64,000 nt of DNA from Octopus bimaculoides (lineage: Eukaryota), in assembly GCF_001194135.2 (NCBI RefSeq), contig NC_068997.1, positions 1,652,663-1,716,662 on the forward strand. The letters run 5' to 3'. The position numbers were made by a program, and so were the translations under genes. Position 1 is the first letter of the stretch, and each line of letters opens with the position of its first letter. Below the pieces are notes generated by a model. That model ran no database searches and had not been told where the DNA came from. It worked only from the letters and a program-made list of their open reading frames with translations. This document shows positions 12,810-25,320 of the stretch, in pieces.

Positions 12810-14088
12810 AATGGAAGGTAGATAAAACACAAACCCCTTCAGGTAGATGGCCCTGCTCAGTATGTAGAAAAGGAGTAGGTAGTAACTCTATAAGATGTAC
12901 CCGGTGCAAGCTATGGGCACATAAGAGGTGCAGCAACATCAAAGGCAGGTTAACTAGCAAGTTAGTTTTTGTTTGTGGCAGATGTTCAGGTGCAATAAAG
13001 ACTGCAAACAAACAGGAAACAACTTCTATCTCATTCCAGGGTGAAAAACTAGAGGTAGTCGATAGCTTCCGCTATCTGGGCGACCAAGTTAGTAGTGGGG
13101 GTGGGTGCGCTGAAAGTGTAGCTGCTAGAATAAGAATAGCCTGGGCAAAGTTTAGAGAGCTCTTACCCCTGCTGGCGACAAAGGGACTCTCANNNNNNNN
13201 NNNNNNNNNNNNNNNNNNNNNNNNNNNNNNNNNNNNNNNNNNNNNNNNNNNNNNNNNNNNNNNNNNNNNNNNNNNNNNNNNNNNNNNNNNNNNNNNNNNN
13301 NNNNNNNNNNNNNNNNNNNNNNNNNNNNNNNNNNNNNNNNNNNNNNNNNNNNNNNNNNNNNNNNNNNNNNNNNNNNNNNNNNNNNNNNNNNNNNNNNNNN
13401 NNNNNNNNNNNNNNNNNNNNNNNNNNNNNNNNNNNNNNNNNNNNNNNNNNNNNNNNNNNNNNNNNNNNNNNNNNNNNNNNNNNNNNNNNNNNNNNNNNNN
13501 NNNNNNNNNNNNNNNNNNNNNNNNNNNNNNNNNNNNNNNNNNNNNNNNNNNNNNNNNNNNNNNNNNNNNNNNNNNNNNNNNNNNNNNNNNNNNNNNNNNN
13601 NNNNNNNNNNNNNNNNNNNNNNNNNNNNNNNNNNNNNNNNNNNNNNNNNNNNNNNNNNNNNNNNNNNNNNNNNNNNNNNNNNNNNNNNNNNNNNNNNNNN
13701 NNNNNNNNNNNNNNNNNNNNNNNNNNNNNNNNNNNNNNNNNNNNNNNNNNNNNNNNNNNNNNNNNNNNNNNNNNNNNNNNNNNNNNNNNNNNNNNNNNNN
13801 NNNNNNNNNNNNNNNNNNNNNNNNNNNNNNNNNNNNNNNNNNNNNNNNNNNNNNNNNNNNNNNNNNNNNNNNNGGTGGCACATAAAAGACACCATTTCGA
13901 GCGTGGCCGTTTTCGTGCGGGTGACACGTAAAAGCACCCACTACACTCTCTGAGTGGTTGGCGTTAGGAAGGGCATCCAGCTGTAGAAACTCTGCCAAAT
14001 CAGACTGGAGCCTGGTGTTGCCATCCGGTTTCACCAGTCCTCAGTCAAATCGTCCAACCCATGCTAGCATGGAAAGCGGACGTTAAAC

Positions 14089-14118
<30 letters not shown>
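12810..14118 (+). mobile_element. 5'-truncated RTE-clade LINE (PHD-type finger, post-RT C-terminal region, gap, 3' UTR, (GAT)n tail)
   Basis: The ORF reads WPCSVCRKGVGSNSIRCTRCKLWAHKRCS...FVCGRC (C4HC3) then LEVVDSFRYLGDQVSSGGGCAESVAARIRIAWAKFRELLPLL, typical of RTE ORF2. After the N gap (13193-13873) comes aacccatgctagcatggaaagcggacgttaaacgatgatgat, an RTE-type 3' end. Confidence 0.9.
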
Positions 14119-14119
<1 letters not shown>

Positions 14120-14451
14120 ACACTATTGTGTTTACGTCAAAAAGTCGACGTTTTTTTTTCTACCTTAGTGAGCGCGAACACTATGTGTGTATATATGTCA
14201 CAGATTGCGGACGTGTATTTGTGTTGACTGACATGCCATGGCATTCATTATATGTGTGTGTATTCTGTATGTGTGTTGACGTTACGGAAGCCATGTATTT
14301 TTCAAGATATAACACACAAAAATTGTCGCTTAAGTAGAGGTCCAATTGTCACTATGCTCCGAAGGTAAGTATAAAAACAAATATGCAAAAAATATGCTAT
14401 TTCTGAGATATTTCAGTTACACACAAACATCCGTAGAGTTTTACTATTATG

Positions 14452-14501
<50 letters not shown>

Positions 14502-16625
14502 TCATAATTTACACACATATATGTGTAACATATAAATACCTGATAGGCGCGCGCACACTCACACACATAATTAGGATGTTATTTATATATGTAAGGAGTA
14601 ATGATACAAAGCGAAACCTTTAATGCGTGTCGAATATAACTATTTCTTTCTCCACAACAGAACTGAACTAGCTTTTAAACTTTAGCAAATGTCATTGAAC
14701 TTAGCTTCACGCTCTTCTTTGAAGAAGACAAAATATCTATAAATATGGCCTATACGTTATTTTACACACTCTTGAATAATTTCAGATATTTTTATTGTGA
14801 AAATGAATGGAAAAAAAGCTATTTCTTTTTCTGTATATGCTTGAAATTTCTTTTAGATTTATTGATAAATATGTTTAAAAACAATTCTACAAATAAATTT
14901 TAAACTTGTGTATCTGGTGTCTAGTTTTATTCGGTTTATCTGGAATAAATCTTTATTAGCGTAGAATATTATACAACCATATATACATATATACACATAG
15001 CTATACATGTATAAATATACTAACACATATAAATATGCTCATATATATATGTGTGTGTGTGCGTGTGGGCAAGGAAGAAATATGATTTTTGTGGAAGGAA
15101 TTTAAGCAATCCCCAGAACTCATCTCAGTAACTTCACTTAGATGTGGAAGATAAGGACGTGCGGTGAAGCATATTCTTTGGAAAAGAGAGGGGTTTTTTT
15201 GCATGAAAAACAAACGCAAAACAACGCCACATCAGCCTGTAATAAAAAGAAGATAATAAAGATATTTTAATGCGAATCTTGTCTTCTTTTGTCCATATAT
15301 TATATCTCGTTTTACTGGCATAATTACATGTAATCCTACTAAAATACTTGCATTCAGTCATCTGCTTTTAATAGCAGCTGCCGCAAGTTCTTTCCTCTGC
15401 TTTTAAGTAATAATTGCTTACTTTAGGCATATAATAGTTATGTACACATAGATCAACGCGATCACACACACACACGATTTTTGTATGTACGTATGTGTAT
15501 ATATAGACACAGCTACATATATTATATATACACACAGAGATACGCAGACACAGACACACACACACGCACATACACACACACATACATACGCACACGTAGA
15601 CGCTAGAAAACTTAAATTTTTATGCTCCTTTTGTTCCGAGATCGAGAGATCTGTCTAAAATATTCTCCATTATAGTTTGAATGAAGATTAAATATCACAA
15701 TATGTTTTAAGTAATATAAAGAAATTGTATTACAGACTCATTGTAAACTTTTACACACATTCTCACGGGTAAACATAATATTGGGTGCCAAAAACTGACA
15801 GACACAAGCAGCCAACTATACACTTACACAAACAAACAACGTTTATACACAATCTTTATATGCATATGTGTAGGTTCGTAAACAGGCCTATATGAGAGTA
15901 GAATAATGAAGTAAGCTAGCCCGAATAAACAAACTCAGTTCGCTTCGAACCACGCTTATAGATAGACCCTGAATGAAGGTGGACAGCAGAAAATGGTGTG
16001 TTGCATACGCAGTTGCCCATATTCTGTGCAGTAGTAACACGTGCCAATCATTTAAACTAACTAATTATGCTGTATAACTATTACACTAACAGACATGTTT
16101 GAAGATATACCAGACTCCGTATTCTTTACACGGTTTTTGGTAACGATGAACCTCGAAAGAAATAAAGCTATAATAGTGCGTAAATATAATGCTGAAAACG
16201 CTTTAAAATAGAAAAAAATGAAGTCTCTCTTTATCCAAGAGGACTTTAACCCAATATTTACACGCTACTACTTTTCGCTTTACTTGCTTCGAGATTCACT
16301 CTTCCTAAGAAGAGTTATTCCACAACCTCAAAGTTTCTGATATTTTTAATGACGTCAACAATATATATGTGTTTGTTTGTGTGTGTTTGCATATTCATTA
16401 TTCTTATACATGAAAACTGGCGATAGTTTAGCTGGCCAAAACTTCGAGCCACTTCCCGCTCTCTGCTACCTGTCTCAGTAAACATTCAATGACGACAATA
16501 GGTGTCCCTTGCACAATGTTCTATTCTCCGCTATCATGACACCATATCTTGGTGCTAACATCAACCGACTACACAGTTACAATAACAGCTGACATATCGA
16601 TAGAGGTCACTGGTTCACATCCCAT

Positions 16626-17010
16626 TTATCTTTTATCCTTTATTTATTTCAGTTGTTAGGTTGCGGTCATGCTGGGGCACCATCTTGAAGAATTTTTGTC
16701 GACTGTATCGACGCCAGTTCTTCTTATTTCTGAAGTCTCGTACTTATTCTATCGGTCTCTTTTGCCGAACCGCTAAGTTACGGTGACGTATACACACCGA
16801 GATCGGTTGTCAATCGGTGATGGAGAACGCGCGCACACACGCACATACACACAACGGGCTGCCCTGATTTCCGTCTTTCAAATCCACTCACAAGGTTTTG
16901 GTCTGTCCAAGTCTACAGTAGAAGACACGTGTGCGAGGTGACACACTGTGGGACTGAACCCAGATCCATGTGGTTGGTAAGCAAACACGTTACCACACAG
17001 TTGCACTTGT
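16626..17010 (-). mobile_element. SINE family B copy
   Basis: Shares gcggtcatgctggggcacc, cttattctatcggtctcttttgccgaaccgctaagttacgg and gtgggactgaaccc with the other family B copies. Confidence 0.85.
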
Positions 17011-17536
17011 GCCTATAAGTGATGTATTAAGAATTTCTGATACCCAGCAGGTCAGAGTCTCACAGTCTTGCTAATGAGTTTTAAAGATGTATGCCGCAGG
17101 CTCCTACACACATAGTCACACAAGCAATGAAATTAATATGCTTATTATTGAAGATAACAAATTGGAATTATATTTGTTACTAGCAACACTGAAATAATCT
17201 TTTCTATAAATAAAATGAAAAAACTGGTGAACAAGTAAAAGCAATTTCGACATATTTCATAAATCAATTGTTTTTGTTTGAAATATACACTTCTTTCACC
17301 CTATATGAATGTCTTGTAGCCTGTTCCTTTGTTGTTAATACGTTTTGTGAAATGCATAAATGTGAATATTACGCACGCTTTCACTATAGGAATAACATCT
17401 AATTAATAGCAATCCCGTATTTTTTTCTTGTGGATGTAGGTCATTCTATTGATAATAACAGCTGTTTCTTGTAAATATTTTCTTAACTGTTTTATCTTCT
17501 AGAAATAGAATTCATGATGTCCTTATAATCAATATT

Positions 17537-17680
17537 AATGGAACTGTAATTCCTTTGAAATAGAGGTACAACTCGTATTTGTCAGCTGAGTGGACTGGAG
17601 CAACGCACCGTTGGGAATCGAACTCATAACTTTATGGTCGTGAGCTGAACACACTAACCACTAAGCTAGGCGCCTTCACA
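17537..17680 (-). mobile_element. SINE family C, truncated (tRNA head)
   Basis: Minus strand: gtgaaggcgcctagcttagtggttagtgtg (A box)...gagttcgattccc (B box)...cgttgctccagtccactcagctg. Homologous to 51128-51370. Confidence 0.75.
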
Positions 17681-17720
17681 TTTCCTTTACAACTCATTCT
17701 TCACCACACCCACTACTTTC

Positions 17721-17952
17721 TATCTGTATCGGCAGGGCGATAATGTTAGTACCAGTAATATACTAGGAGGAGAATTTTGGTACCAGGAATACACGAGGAT
17801 GAATTCAATAAACTGTAACACAGTCTGGCAGAAATCTACCTCAGGTCTTGTTAAAATTTGATTTGGCGTTAATCGATTTTCTTTAAGAACCTGCTCCTTC
17901 CAGCCAAATTCATGCATCATTTATGGTTCCTCGTGATACCAATTCCCTTCAC
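17721..17952 (-). CDS. Putative exon E of a discoidin (F5/8 type C)-like gene, with an in-frame TAA at 17923-17921
   Basis: Acceptor ctcatgctttcacatag|. The phase-1 frame reads GEGNWYHEEP*MMHEFGWKEQV...ILTRPEVDFCQTVLQFIEFILVYS, resembling discoidin NGxGAW...WIQVDFG...IATQG...QWVTxF..LxYS. The donor is not determined. Confidence 0.4.
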
Positions 17953-19505
17953 CTATGTGAAAGCATGAGCCACACATATTCTCATTCCCCTCTATTCCTA
18001 AAGGTATATGGTGCAACGACTATGTAGACAAATCAATGTGAAAGTGAATTAGCTATTTATGTATCGCTGTTGATGAAGTTGACTTCATGAAGAGAGAATT
18101 TATTTGGCATTATCGATGTAAATAAACGCTATCAAAAGAGTGCTAGCTTTACTATCAAACCATTAAGAAGCTACTCTCTTATTATTTTAATAATAAGTTC
18201 AACCATCAAAACGAGTTTATAACGTTTTTATGGAACTATCGGCATTTCCCATCACACAGCTCTATCTTATACTTTCTTAACGTTCATTTACTTAATGCTT
18301 TTAAGTTTCTGCAAATTTTATAAGAATGGCAAGCAAAGAATTAGACGGAACCAAAATATTTTGATCGAAAAATGAATTAGTTTGAAAATGTTCTATTACT
18401 ACATTTTTTCCTTTCATTTATTTATGGTATAGCTGCTAAGATAAAATATTTCATAGAAAATATTAAGAACAAACTTTACTCGTCTGGTTATGCTGTGGAT
18501 TTTCAAATGGCTGAACACTATTAAATTTCGTGTTTAGTTACTAGGAAACACCAACAATAAAAGTCTATAGACTCGTTCCAAATTCAAGTTTCTTGGAAAG
18601 TTATATTTAATCTGCATTTCAATTAGTTTGTAAGAATCTAGTTTCTCTACTTTAAAGATTACTGAACCACCTGGGAATCAACAAAACATAATATGCATTC
18701 AAATCTAAATCACTTTTATTGTAAATATATATCTAGTAAGGTGTCATCGCTATAACAAGACATGCAGTACAAACAATAGTGTGGGGTTCATGACCTATTG
18801 ACCTCATGATCTGACATCGTCAACTAACATATTTGTATTGGATCAGTGTGTGAATCTAAGAACAACAAATGTGACATTTCCTTGGACGACAAAAAGAAAT
18901 GCTTTTGTATATAGGTGTGCATAAAGTTTTTAGGTGTTCTATTTTTGTAAACACGCATTGCAGAAGTTTCTACTTATATGATCAATTGGTGAACTCTTCT
19001 CCTGCAGAGCTAGTTCTTGTGCATTTGTGTTCTTCATCAAATATTCGATAACATTTTTCAGTCAGCCATTTTTCTGTTTTAATTCTCGCAGTATTCTCAT
19101 AACTAGCGGCAGAATGCGTGGCATGAGAAAAATATATTTCACTAAGCAAAACAGATGCAGTGCCACGATATTCTAATGTGGAAAGGCTTTGACTTATGGA
19201 AGACTGCTTTCAATGTTGATACTGATTCTTTAGAAAAGTTTAAGTATCTTCTATAGCCATTACTGATGAAATGTGATCAACTTCTACATCACCTTTTCCT
19301 GTGTCTCTCCATGTTCAACTGCCGTGTACAACTGTTAGCAGAACTATTTTAGTAGAAAGATAAAATTTTTTTTAAAGTGCTAATGTTCATTGATGTTCAT
19401 GATATGGTGTATAGCTCGTGCCTTGCAATTCCACCTTTCGGGCACTTTTTATTCGTCTATCACTAATAATGGTATTTGCCAGTTTGGATTATTTGACACA
19501 TCTAC

Positions 19506-19611
19506 CATTGTACGTAATCCGCGAAGTTAGTTGGCTTGAAGCATTAAACTGCATAACCTTGATCTTCTTCGCAACAAATCCTAAATCCCTATATACTGCT
19601 AGGAACGCTAT
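19506..19611 (-). CDS. Putative exon D of the discoidin-like gene (106 nt, phase 0 to 1)
   Basis: Acceptor ttttgtgacctcttttatgtag|, donor G|gtagat. Open frame IAFLAVYRDLGFVAKKIKVMQFNASSQLTSRITYN. LGFxxxxIxxxQFNASS matches the spacing of the discoidin start LGMxxxxIxDxQITASS. Confidence 0.45.
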
Positions 19612-20576
19612 CTACATAAAAGAGGTCACAAAATATTTCCTTTATCCTTGAAAAGGCTAAAATATAATAAGTTAAAATATTTGTACTATGTATATATGTA
19701 TATATATATATATATATATNNNNNNNNNNNNNNNNNNNNNNNNNNNNNNNNNNNNNNNNNNNNNNNNNNNNNNNNNNNNNNNNNNNNNNNNNNNNNNNNN
19801 NNNNNNNNNNNNNNNNNNNNNNNNNNNNNNNNNNNNNNNNNNNNNNNNNNNNNNNNNNNNNNNNNNNNNNNNNNNNNNNNNNNNNNNNNNNNNNNNNNNN
19901 NNNNNNNNNNNNNNNNNNNNNNNNNNNNNNNNNNNNNNNNNNNNNNNNNNNNNNNNNNNNNNNNNNNNNNNNNNNNNNNNNNNNNNNNNNNNNNNNNNNN
20001 NNNNNNNNNNNNNNNNNNNNNNNNNNNNNNNNNNNNNNNNNNNNNNNNNNNNNNNNNNNNNNNNNNNNNNNNNNNNNNNNNNNNNNNNNNNNNNNNNNNN
20101 NNNNNNNNNNNNNNNNNNNNNNNNNNNNNNNNNNNNNNNNNNNNNNNNNNNNNNNNNNNNNNNNNNNNNNNNNNNNNNNNNNNNNNNNNNNNNNNNNNNN
20201 NNNNNNNNNNNNNNNNNNNNNNNNNNNNNNNNNNNNNNNNNNNNNNNNNNNNNNNNNNNNNNNNNNNNNNNNNNNNNNNNNNNNNNNNNNNNNNNNNNNN
20301 NNNNNNNNNNNNNNNNNNNNNNNNNNNNNNNNNNNNNNNNNNNNNNNNNNNNNNNNNNNNNNNNNNNNNNNNNNNNNNNNNNNNNNNNNNNNNNNNNNNN
20401 NNNNNNNNNNNNNNNNNNNNNNNNNNNNNNNNNNNNNNNNNNNNNNNNNNNNNNNNNNNNNNNNNNNNNNNNNNNNNNNNNNNNNNNNNNNNNNNNNNNN
20501 NNNNNNNNNNNNNNNNNNNNNNNNNNNNNNNNNNNNNNNNNNNNNNNNNNNNNNNNNNNNNNNNNNNNNNNNNNNN

Positions 20577-20607
<31 letters not shown>

Positions 20608-21446
20608 GTACATATTTATGTGTGTGTGTGTGCGTGTGTGTTTCACGTTTATCAGCATGTTAACCTTATATCTTCTACATTTCACAGGGACAGTCTTATA
20701 ATTTTGATTTCTAAATAGATTCTCCTTTCATTTCTTCAAGCCTTGTATGTGTATGTCGGTTTCAATTATGATCATATATTATATACATGAAAGCATTACT
20801 TTTAATGCGTTAGGTTGTTTTCATGTATTTACTACTTCCTCTCTTATTTGGATCTGTCACTTAGAATTGTCTTTCCTATTTCTAGAGTACAAATTTATGT
20901 CAAACAAATATAAATGTTAAATCATCGCGATTCCTGCATTGCTACATCGATATCATTTTGCTATTTATGGATAATTTGAATCGATATTACACCAATGATA
21001 TACCATGGCCCATTTAATCTCTTACTCCACCATCTCACTGTGCCGTAACCAATGATGTGAGAGGTATTAAAATGCACCAGTTGAGACAGAATATAGTTCG
21101 ATTCCATACGTCTGCATTTTAGATTTGTTTCGTTGAAATTGTTCTAGTTTGCAGTTCAAATTGATTTATACTTCCGAGATGGAAACATTAAACATCGTAC
21201 TATGAAAGGGACAATTCACTTGCTTGGCGAATGCTGTTCCGTTTGAGATATTTCAAGGAAGGTTCCACAATGGGTACACTGACCATAAAATTCTAGGAAA
21301 AACACACAATCAATACAGAAAATCTGGTTATTGTGAAACTAAGAATAAACATAGAGTGAAAACCTGAAGCGTCAGTGATTATTTCATCATTTTTTCTGCC
21401 CGTAGAGGGTTCAAAAAATTTAATCCATAATTTATGAAAATCATAC

Positions 21447-21522
21447 GAGCCTGTGTTGGCACCCAAATATTTCAAAGGAAATTTCGTAAAAATAAGTATA
21501 AGTGAGATCTAAATGATTACTG
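21447..21522 (-). CDS. Putative exon B of the discoidin-like gene (76 nt, phase 2 to 0)
   Basis: Acceptor taattttcttttacttag|, donor CTC|gtatga. Frame SNHLDLTYTYFYEISFEIFGCQHRL; FEIFGC resembles the discoidin C-terminal xELYGC motif. Confidence 0.42.
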
Positions 21523-21739
21523 CTAAGTAAAAGAAAATTAATCAGTATTTCAGGTAGATTCCCTTCTCTAACTTGACAATGATTAGCTTTATTGCAATCA
21601 AATTCCTAAAATTATACCAGTCTTTCATCTAATGCTAATTTCATAGCTCAATGATCTGTCTGACTGAAAGTTCCAGTCTGTTAGAAAGTATATCTCAGGA
21701 GGTTTCAAAATTATCATTATTCAATATTATCAGTACTAT

Positions 21740-21985
21740 GACAGAACCATTTGCACGCCGGACAAAATGATTAGTGGTGTTTTGTCCGTCAATACGTTCT
21801 GAGTTCAGATTCTGCCGAGGTCAACATTACCTTTTATCCTTTCGAGGTTGATGAAATAAGTAGCAGTCATATACTGAAATCAATGTAATCGACGAGCGTC
21901 CTCCCTCAAAATGTCAGGCCTTGTGGCATTACGTTTGTCTTTGCGCTCTGAGTTCAATTGCCATCGAGGTTGACTATGCTGTTCA
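21740..21985 (+). mobile_element. SINE family A copy followed by a short partial second copy
   Basis: gcacgccggacaaaatgattagtgg...gttctgagttcagattctgccgaggtcaac...ccttttatcctttcgagg, then gctctgagttcaattgccatcgaggttgac. Confidence 0.75.
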
Positions 21986-22184
21986 ATGGTAACACTTATA
22001 TCTATTAGTCTACAAGTATTTTCTTCATTGTCTTTAAAGCCTATGCCTGGTCGATTACATTACATCGTTCTTTCAGTGTTGACTAGAAAATCTCAGAGGA
22101 TAGTGACATTTTTACCTCCAGCGACTGACTCAGGACGAGGTTAATACCAGTAAGCAGGTGTGCCGATTTTGTAATCTTTATTGT

Positions 22185-22204
22185 TGTTGTTGTTGTTATT
22201 GTTG

Positions 22205-22278
<74 letters not shown>

Positions 22279-22281
22279 ATT
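22185..22281. repeat. (GTT)n/(ATT)n compound microsatellite
   Basis: Read directly from the sequence. Confidence 0.95.
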
Positions 22282-23199
22282 CAGTAATTATACCAAAACG
22301 TCCCTCTCCTCGAAAACTGAAACTTGTTTAACGATATTTTAACAAGAATATGCTCAGTATAATAATCTTCTATGAATGTGTTTTACTTAGCTAATTTAAA
22401 TACAAAGGTAACAACTATAAAATATTCAACATGTTATTTCGAAGAAACTCTGAGGCGCCGTACTAATTACCTGGAATATTCACTTTCGCACTTCTCAATT
22501 TCTAATTAGACATTTCGTCTGGCTAGACTTCATTAAGTCCATTCTCATCTCAATAAATTAAATAATACCTCATTCGATTGCTTAGATCTTTCTCAACGAA
22601 AATTGTCTTTAAGCTCAGTGAAAATGGAGTATCGCAACTCCGAGTTGTTAAATATTTCCGTTATTCTTCAACTATATTTGGTCAGTTACGTGATTTTATG
22701 AGGTTGCAGCAGTCACCTACAGAAGACATTTCGACGTTTTGAAGTATTTGTAAGGGAATTCAGCTCAACCCGATCCAGTGTCTATCTTGAAAATGAATTA
22801 CAGAAAACACTGAAATTTAATGGAGCAGTTACTAAGTTGAGTGTTTCACCGCTTGTTACTACATTGTAACGCAACAAAAACGGAGTTAATTTCTATGAAT
22901 TATAAGTTAGCTTGTACAAATATTATTTTGTTCCCGAAAAGCCATAGGCGAAACAAAATATATTTTATTTGTCTAACAATTATAGATTACATATCTCATT
23001 CGCTCACAGACTGATCTTTCAGGTCTTCATTGTAAGTGGGAGGACGTAGCTTCTTTTGAAGTTGTCACCGACTAGAATATTTTACTGTTTGTATTATTGA
23101 ACTACACTCACTTTGGCGTTATCACTGGATGTGAAGCATTGCTCGCCAGCTATTTATCTCTCTTTTTAACGTATGATGTAGCTATCAGGTGTGGTAATG

Positions 23200-23406
23200 G
23201 TGCAGGTGTGCCTGCGTGGTGAGAATCTTGCTTCCTAACCATGTCGTCTTGGATCCAAATTCTTCTGCTTGGCTCCTTGGTCAACGATGTTCTACTTCGG
23301 AATGTATAGCCCCGACTGATCAATGCCTTGTGAGTGGGTTTGGTAGGCGGAAACTGAAAGAAGCCCATTGTCAACACACACACACACACACACACCCACA
23401 CACACA

Positions 23407-23495
<89 letters not shown>

Positions 23496-23620
23496 GCACG
23501 TATATTTGTGTGTATCTCCCGATATGACTTGATAGCTATTTGTTTATTTACGCACCGTAACCTAGCGGTTCGGCTAGAAGACACTAGTAGAGCAAGTACT
23601 AGGGTACTAGGATTAAAAAA
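23200..23620 (+). mobile_element. SINE family B copy with internal (CA)n
   Basis: gcgtggtgagaatcttgcttcctaacc head, ccttgtgagtgggtttggtaggcggaaactgaaagaagccc, (CA)n, then cgtaacctagcggttcggc. Confidence 0.8.
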
Positions 23621-23980
23621 AGTATTATACCAAGGTTATAACCCCACCCAACAAACAAAAGCAAAAAAAAAACATTAAGATGTGGTAAACAGTAAAAAAA
23701 CACCAGTATATTAGGTTTTGGCTTATACAAAATAGAAGGAAAAGTCTTTTATGTTTCGAACATACGCTCTTCTATAGAAAGTATTGACAAGGAGAGAAAA
23801 GAGTGGAGAGAGGGAAAAAAGAAACATTAAAAAAAGTAAGGACTGGGGTTGATTTGTTCCATTTAACCATATATAAAGCAGTGCCCAATATATATGTATA
23901 TATATTGACAATGTCGGAAATAAGGATTATTCCGAAGTAGAAATATCATTACCTTTAACTCTATAACTATATGCTGTCTT

Positions 23981-24071
23981 TTAAGACCAACACATGTTTC
24001 AATTGCACCAATTTGTAATCATTGTAATTGCAACCCTACTATAAAACAGTGCAGACTCTTCAGGGTCTTAA
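23981..24071 (-). ncRNA. Type I hammerhead ribozyme with intact core (HHR5), 3' of a PLE fragment
   Basis: Minus strand: TTAAGACC-CTGAAGA-gtctgcact...ggtgcaatt-GAAAC-atgt-GTT-GGTCTTAA. Stem I is a perfect 8 bp, the core is CUGAAGA/GAAA, helix III contains the palindrome ACATGT, and the cleavage triplet is GUU. Confidence 0.82.
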
Positions 24072-24253
24072 CTTGATATCACTTGGTATGGACGTTTAAT
24101 TATCTTCTTTTATAAACTCTGCGTTGTATAACGTATAGCTCTCCGTTAAATCAGACGCGAACAGTCTCTACTTCAAGCTCTTATTAGATAATCATTTACA
24201 GACCATCATTTGAAAACCTTGTATAGTTTAAATGATAATTATCTATTTATAAT

Positions 24254-24460
24254 TCATTTATAATTGGCAAATGTGAATTTCCTCATGTGCAAGCATCTCA
24301 ATGTTTTCCCCTGTCTAGAATTTATTACATTGTCCTTGGATGTGAAAATCTTGTACAATTCGTCTAAACATCGGTCACATCTATTGGCTCCAGGTCTGTA
24401 TGGTTTTTCAGTAGAAATTAATTCCCATTTAATCGTAAAGTCATTGTTACTGTGCTTGAA
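24254..24460 (-). pseudogene. PLE GIY-YIG C-terminal fragment
   Basis: FKHSNNDFTIKWELISTEKPYRPGANRCDRCLDELYKIFTSKDNVINSRQGKTLRCLHMRKFTFANYK* has the PLE IxW...PY..G..C..C...N.R...CxH..K pattern and aligns with 5842-6261 and 43100-43370. Confidence 0.8.
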
Positions 24461-24578
24461 ATATGTATGTATGTATGTATGTATGTATGCATGTATGTAT
24501 ATATATGTATGTATGCATGTATGTATGTATATATATATATATATATCAATATATATCAATATATATNNNNNNNNNNNN

Positions 24579-24617
<39 letters not shown>

Positions 24618-25243
24618 GTACATAAATATGAATATGATTTGTATACATCATAGTGATGTATTAAATGTAAGACTCCAATTGTACATGATACGCATCATGT
24701 GCCTTTAAATACGCCATAGTATACATTAGAATCGAAGGCTTAAAAGTAAGTTGAAGCAAAACTCTTCTTCGATTTAACATATCCACAGACTTTAAAAATT
24801 AGTTGTAAGCGTGCGAGTTATTGTTTAAGAGAAATTTGCACATGACAGTTTTTGGCACGAAACACGAGAATTAACTGAGAAATTATTGCCAAAACATTAA
24901 CAATATTGACAATACGTCATAGCTAGTGCGCAGGATATTGCAACAAGCGCCGCCATTCGTTCATAAAATGTCCACTGGGATTATATGCGAATTATTTGTC
25001 CGACATTTACTAATGATGAGAACAGTAAACCGTTAAGCGTGTATAAGTGTGCGCGTACACGTGTCCGTATGCATGTATGTGTGTATGTGTGCACATGAGC
25101 GTACGTGTGTGCACGAAGCTTCAAAATTGCAGCAAGGACCTGGCACATGGCAGATGTCAGAGAGATTTTACTGGGAATTTGTTTTGTCACACACATGTCG
25201 ACTACACTTGAAGCTGTTATGTAGAACCTTGAAGGAAGGGAGG

Positions 25244-25320
<77 letters not shown>

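Noticed and set aside
17620-17680. tRNA-like A/B boxes here and at other SINE heads
   Set aside because: There is no complete cloverleaf, and each continues into a SINE body.
21039-21111. Extra exon RMESNYILSQLVHFNTSHIIGYGT with a gtgaga donor
   Set aside because: The acceptor is purine-rich and weak, and its phase is incompatible with exon B. It may be chance.
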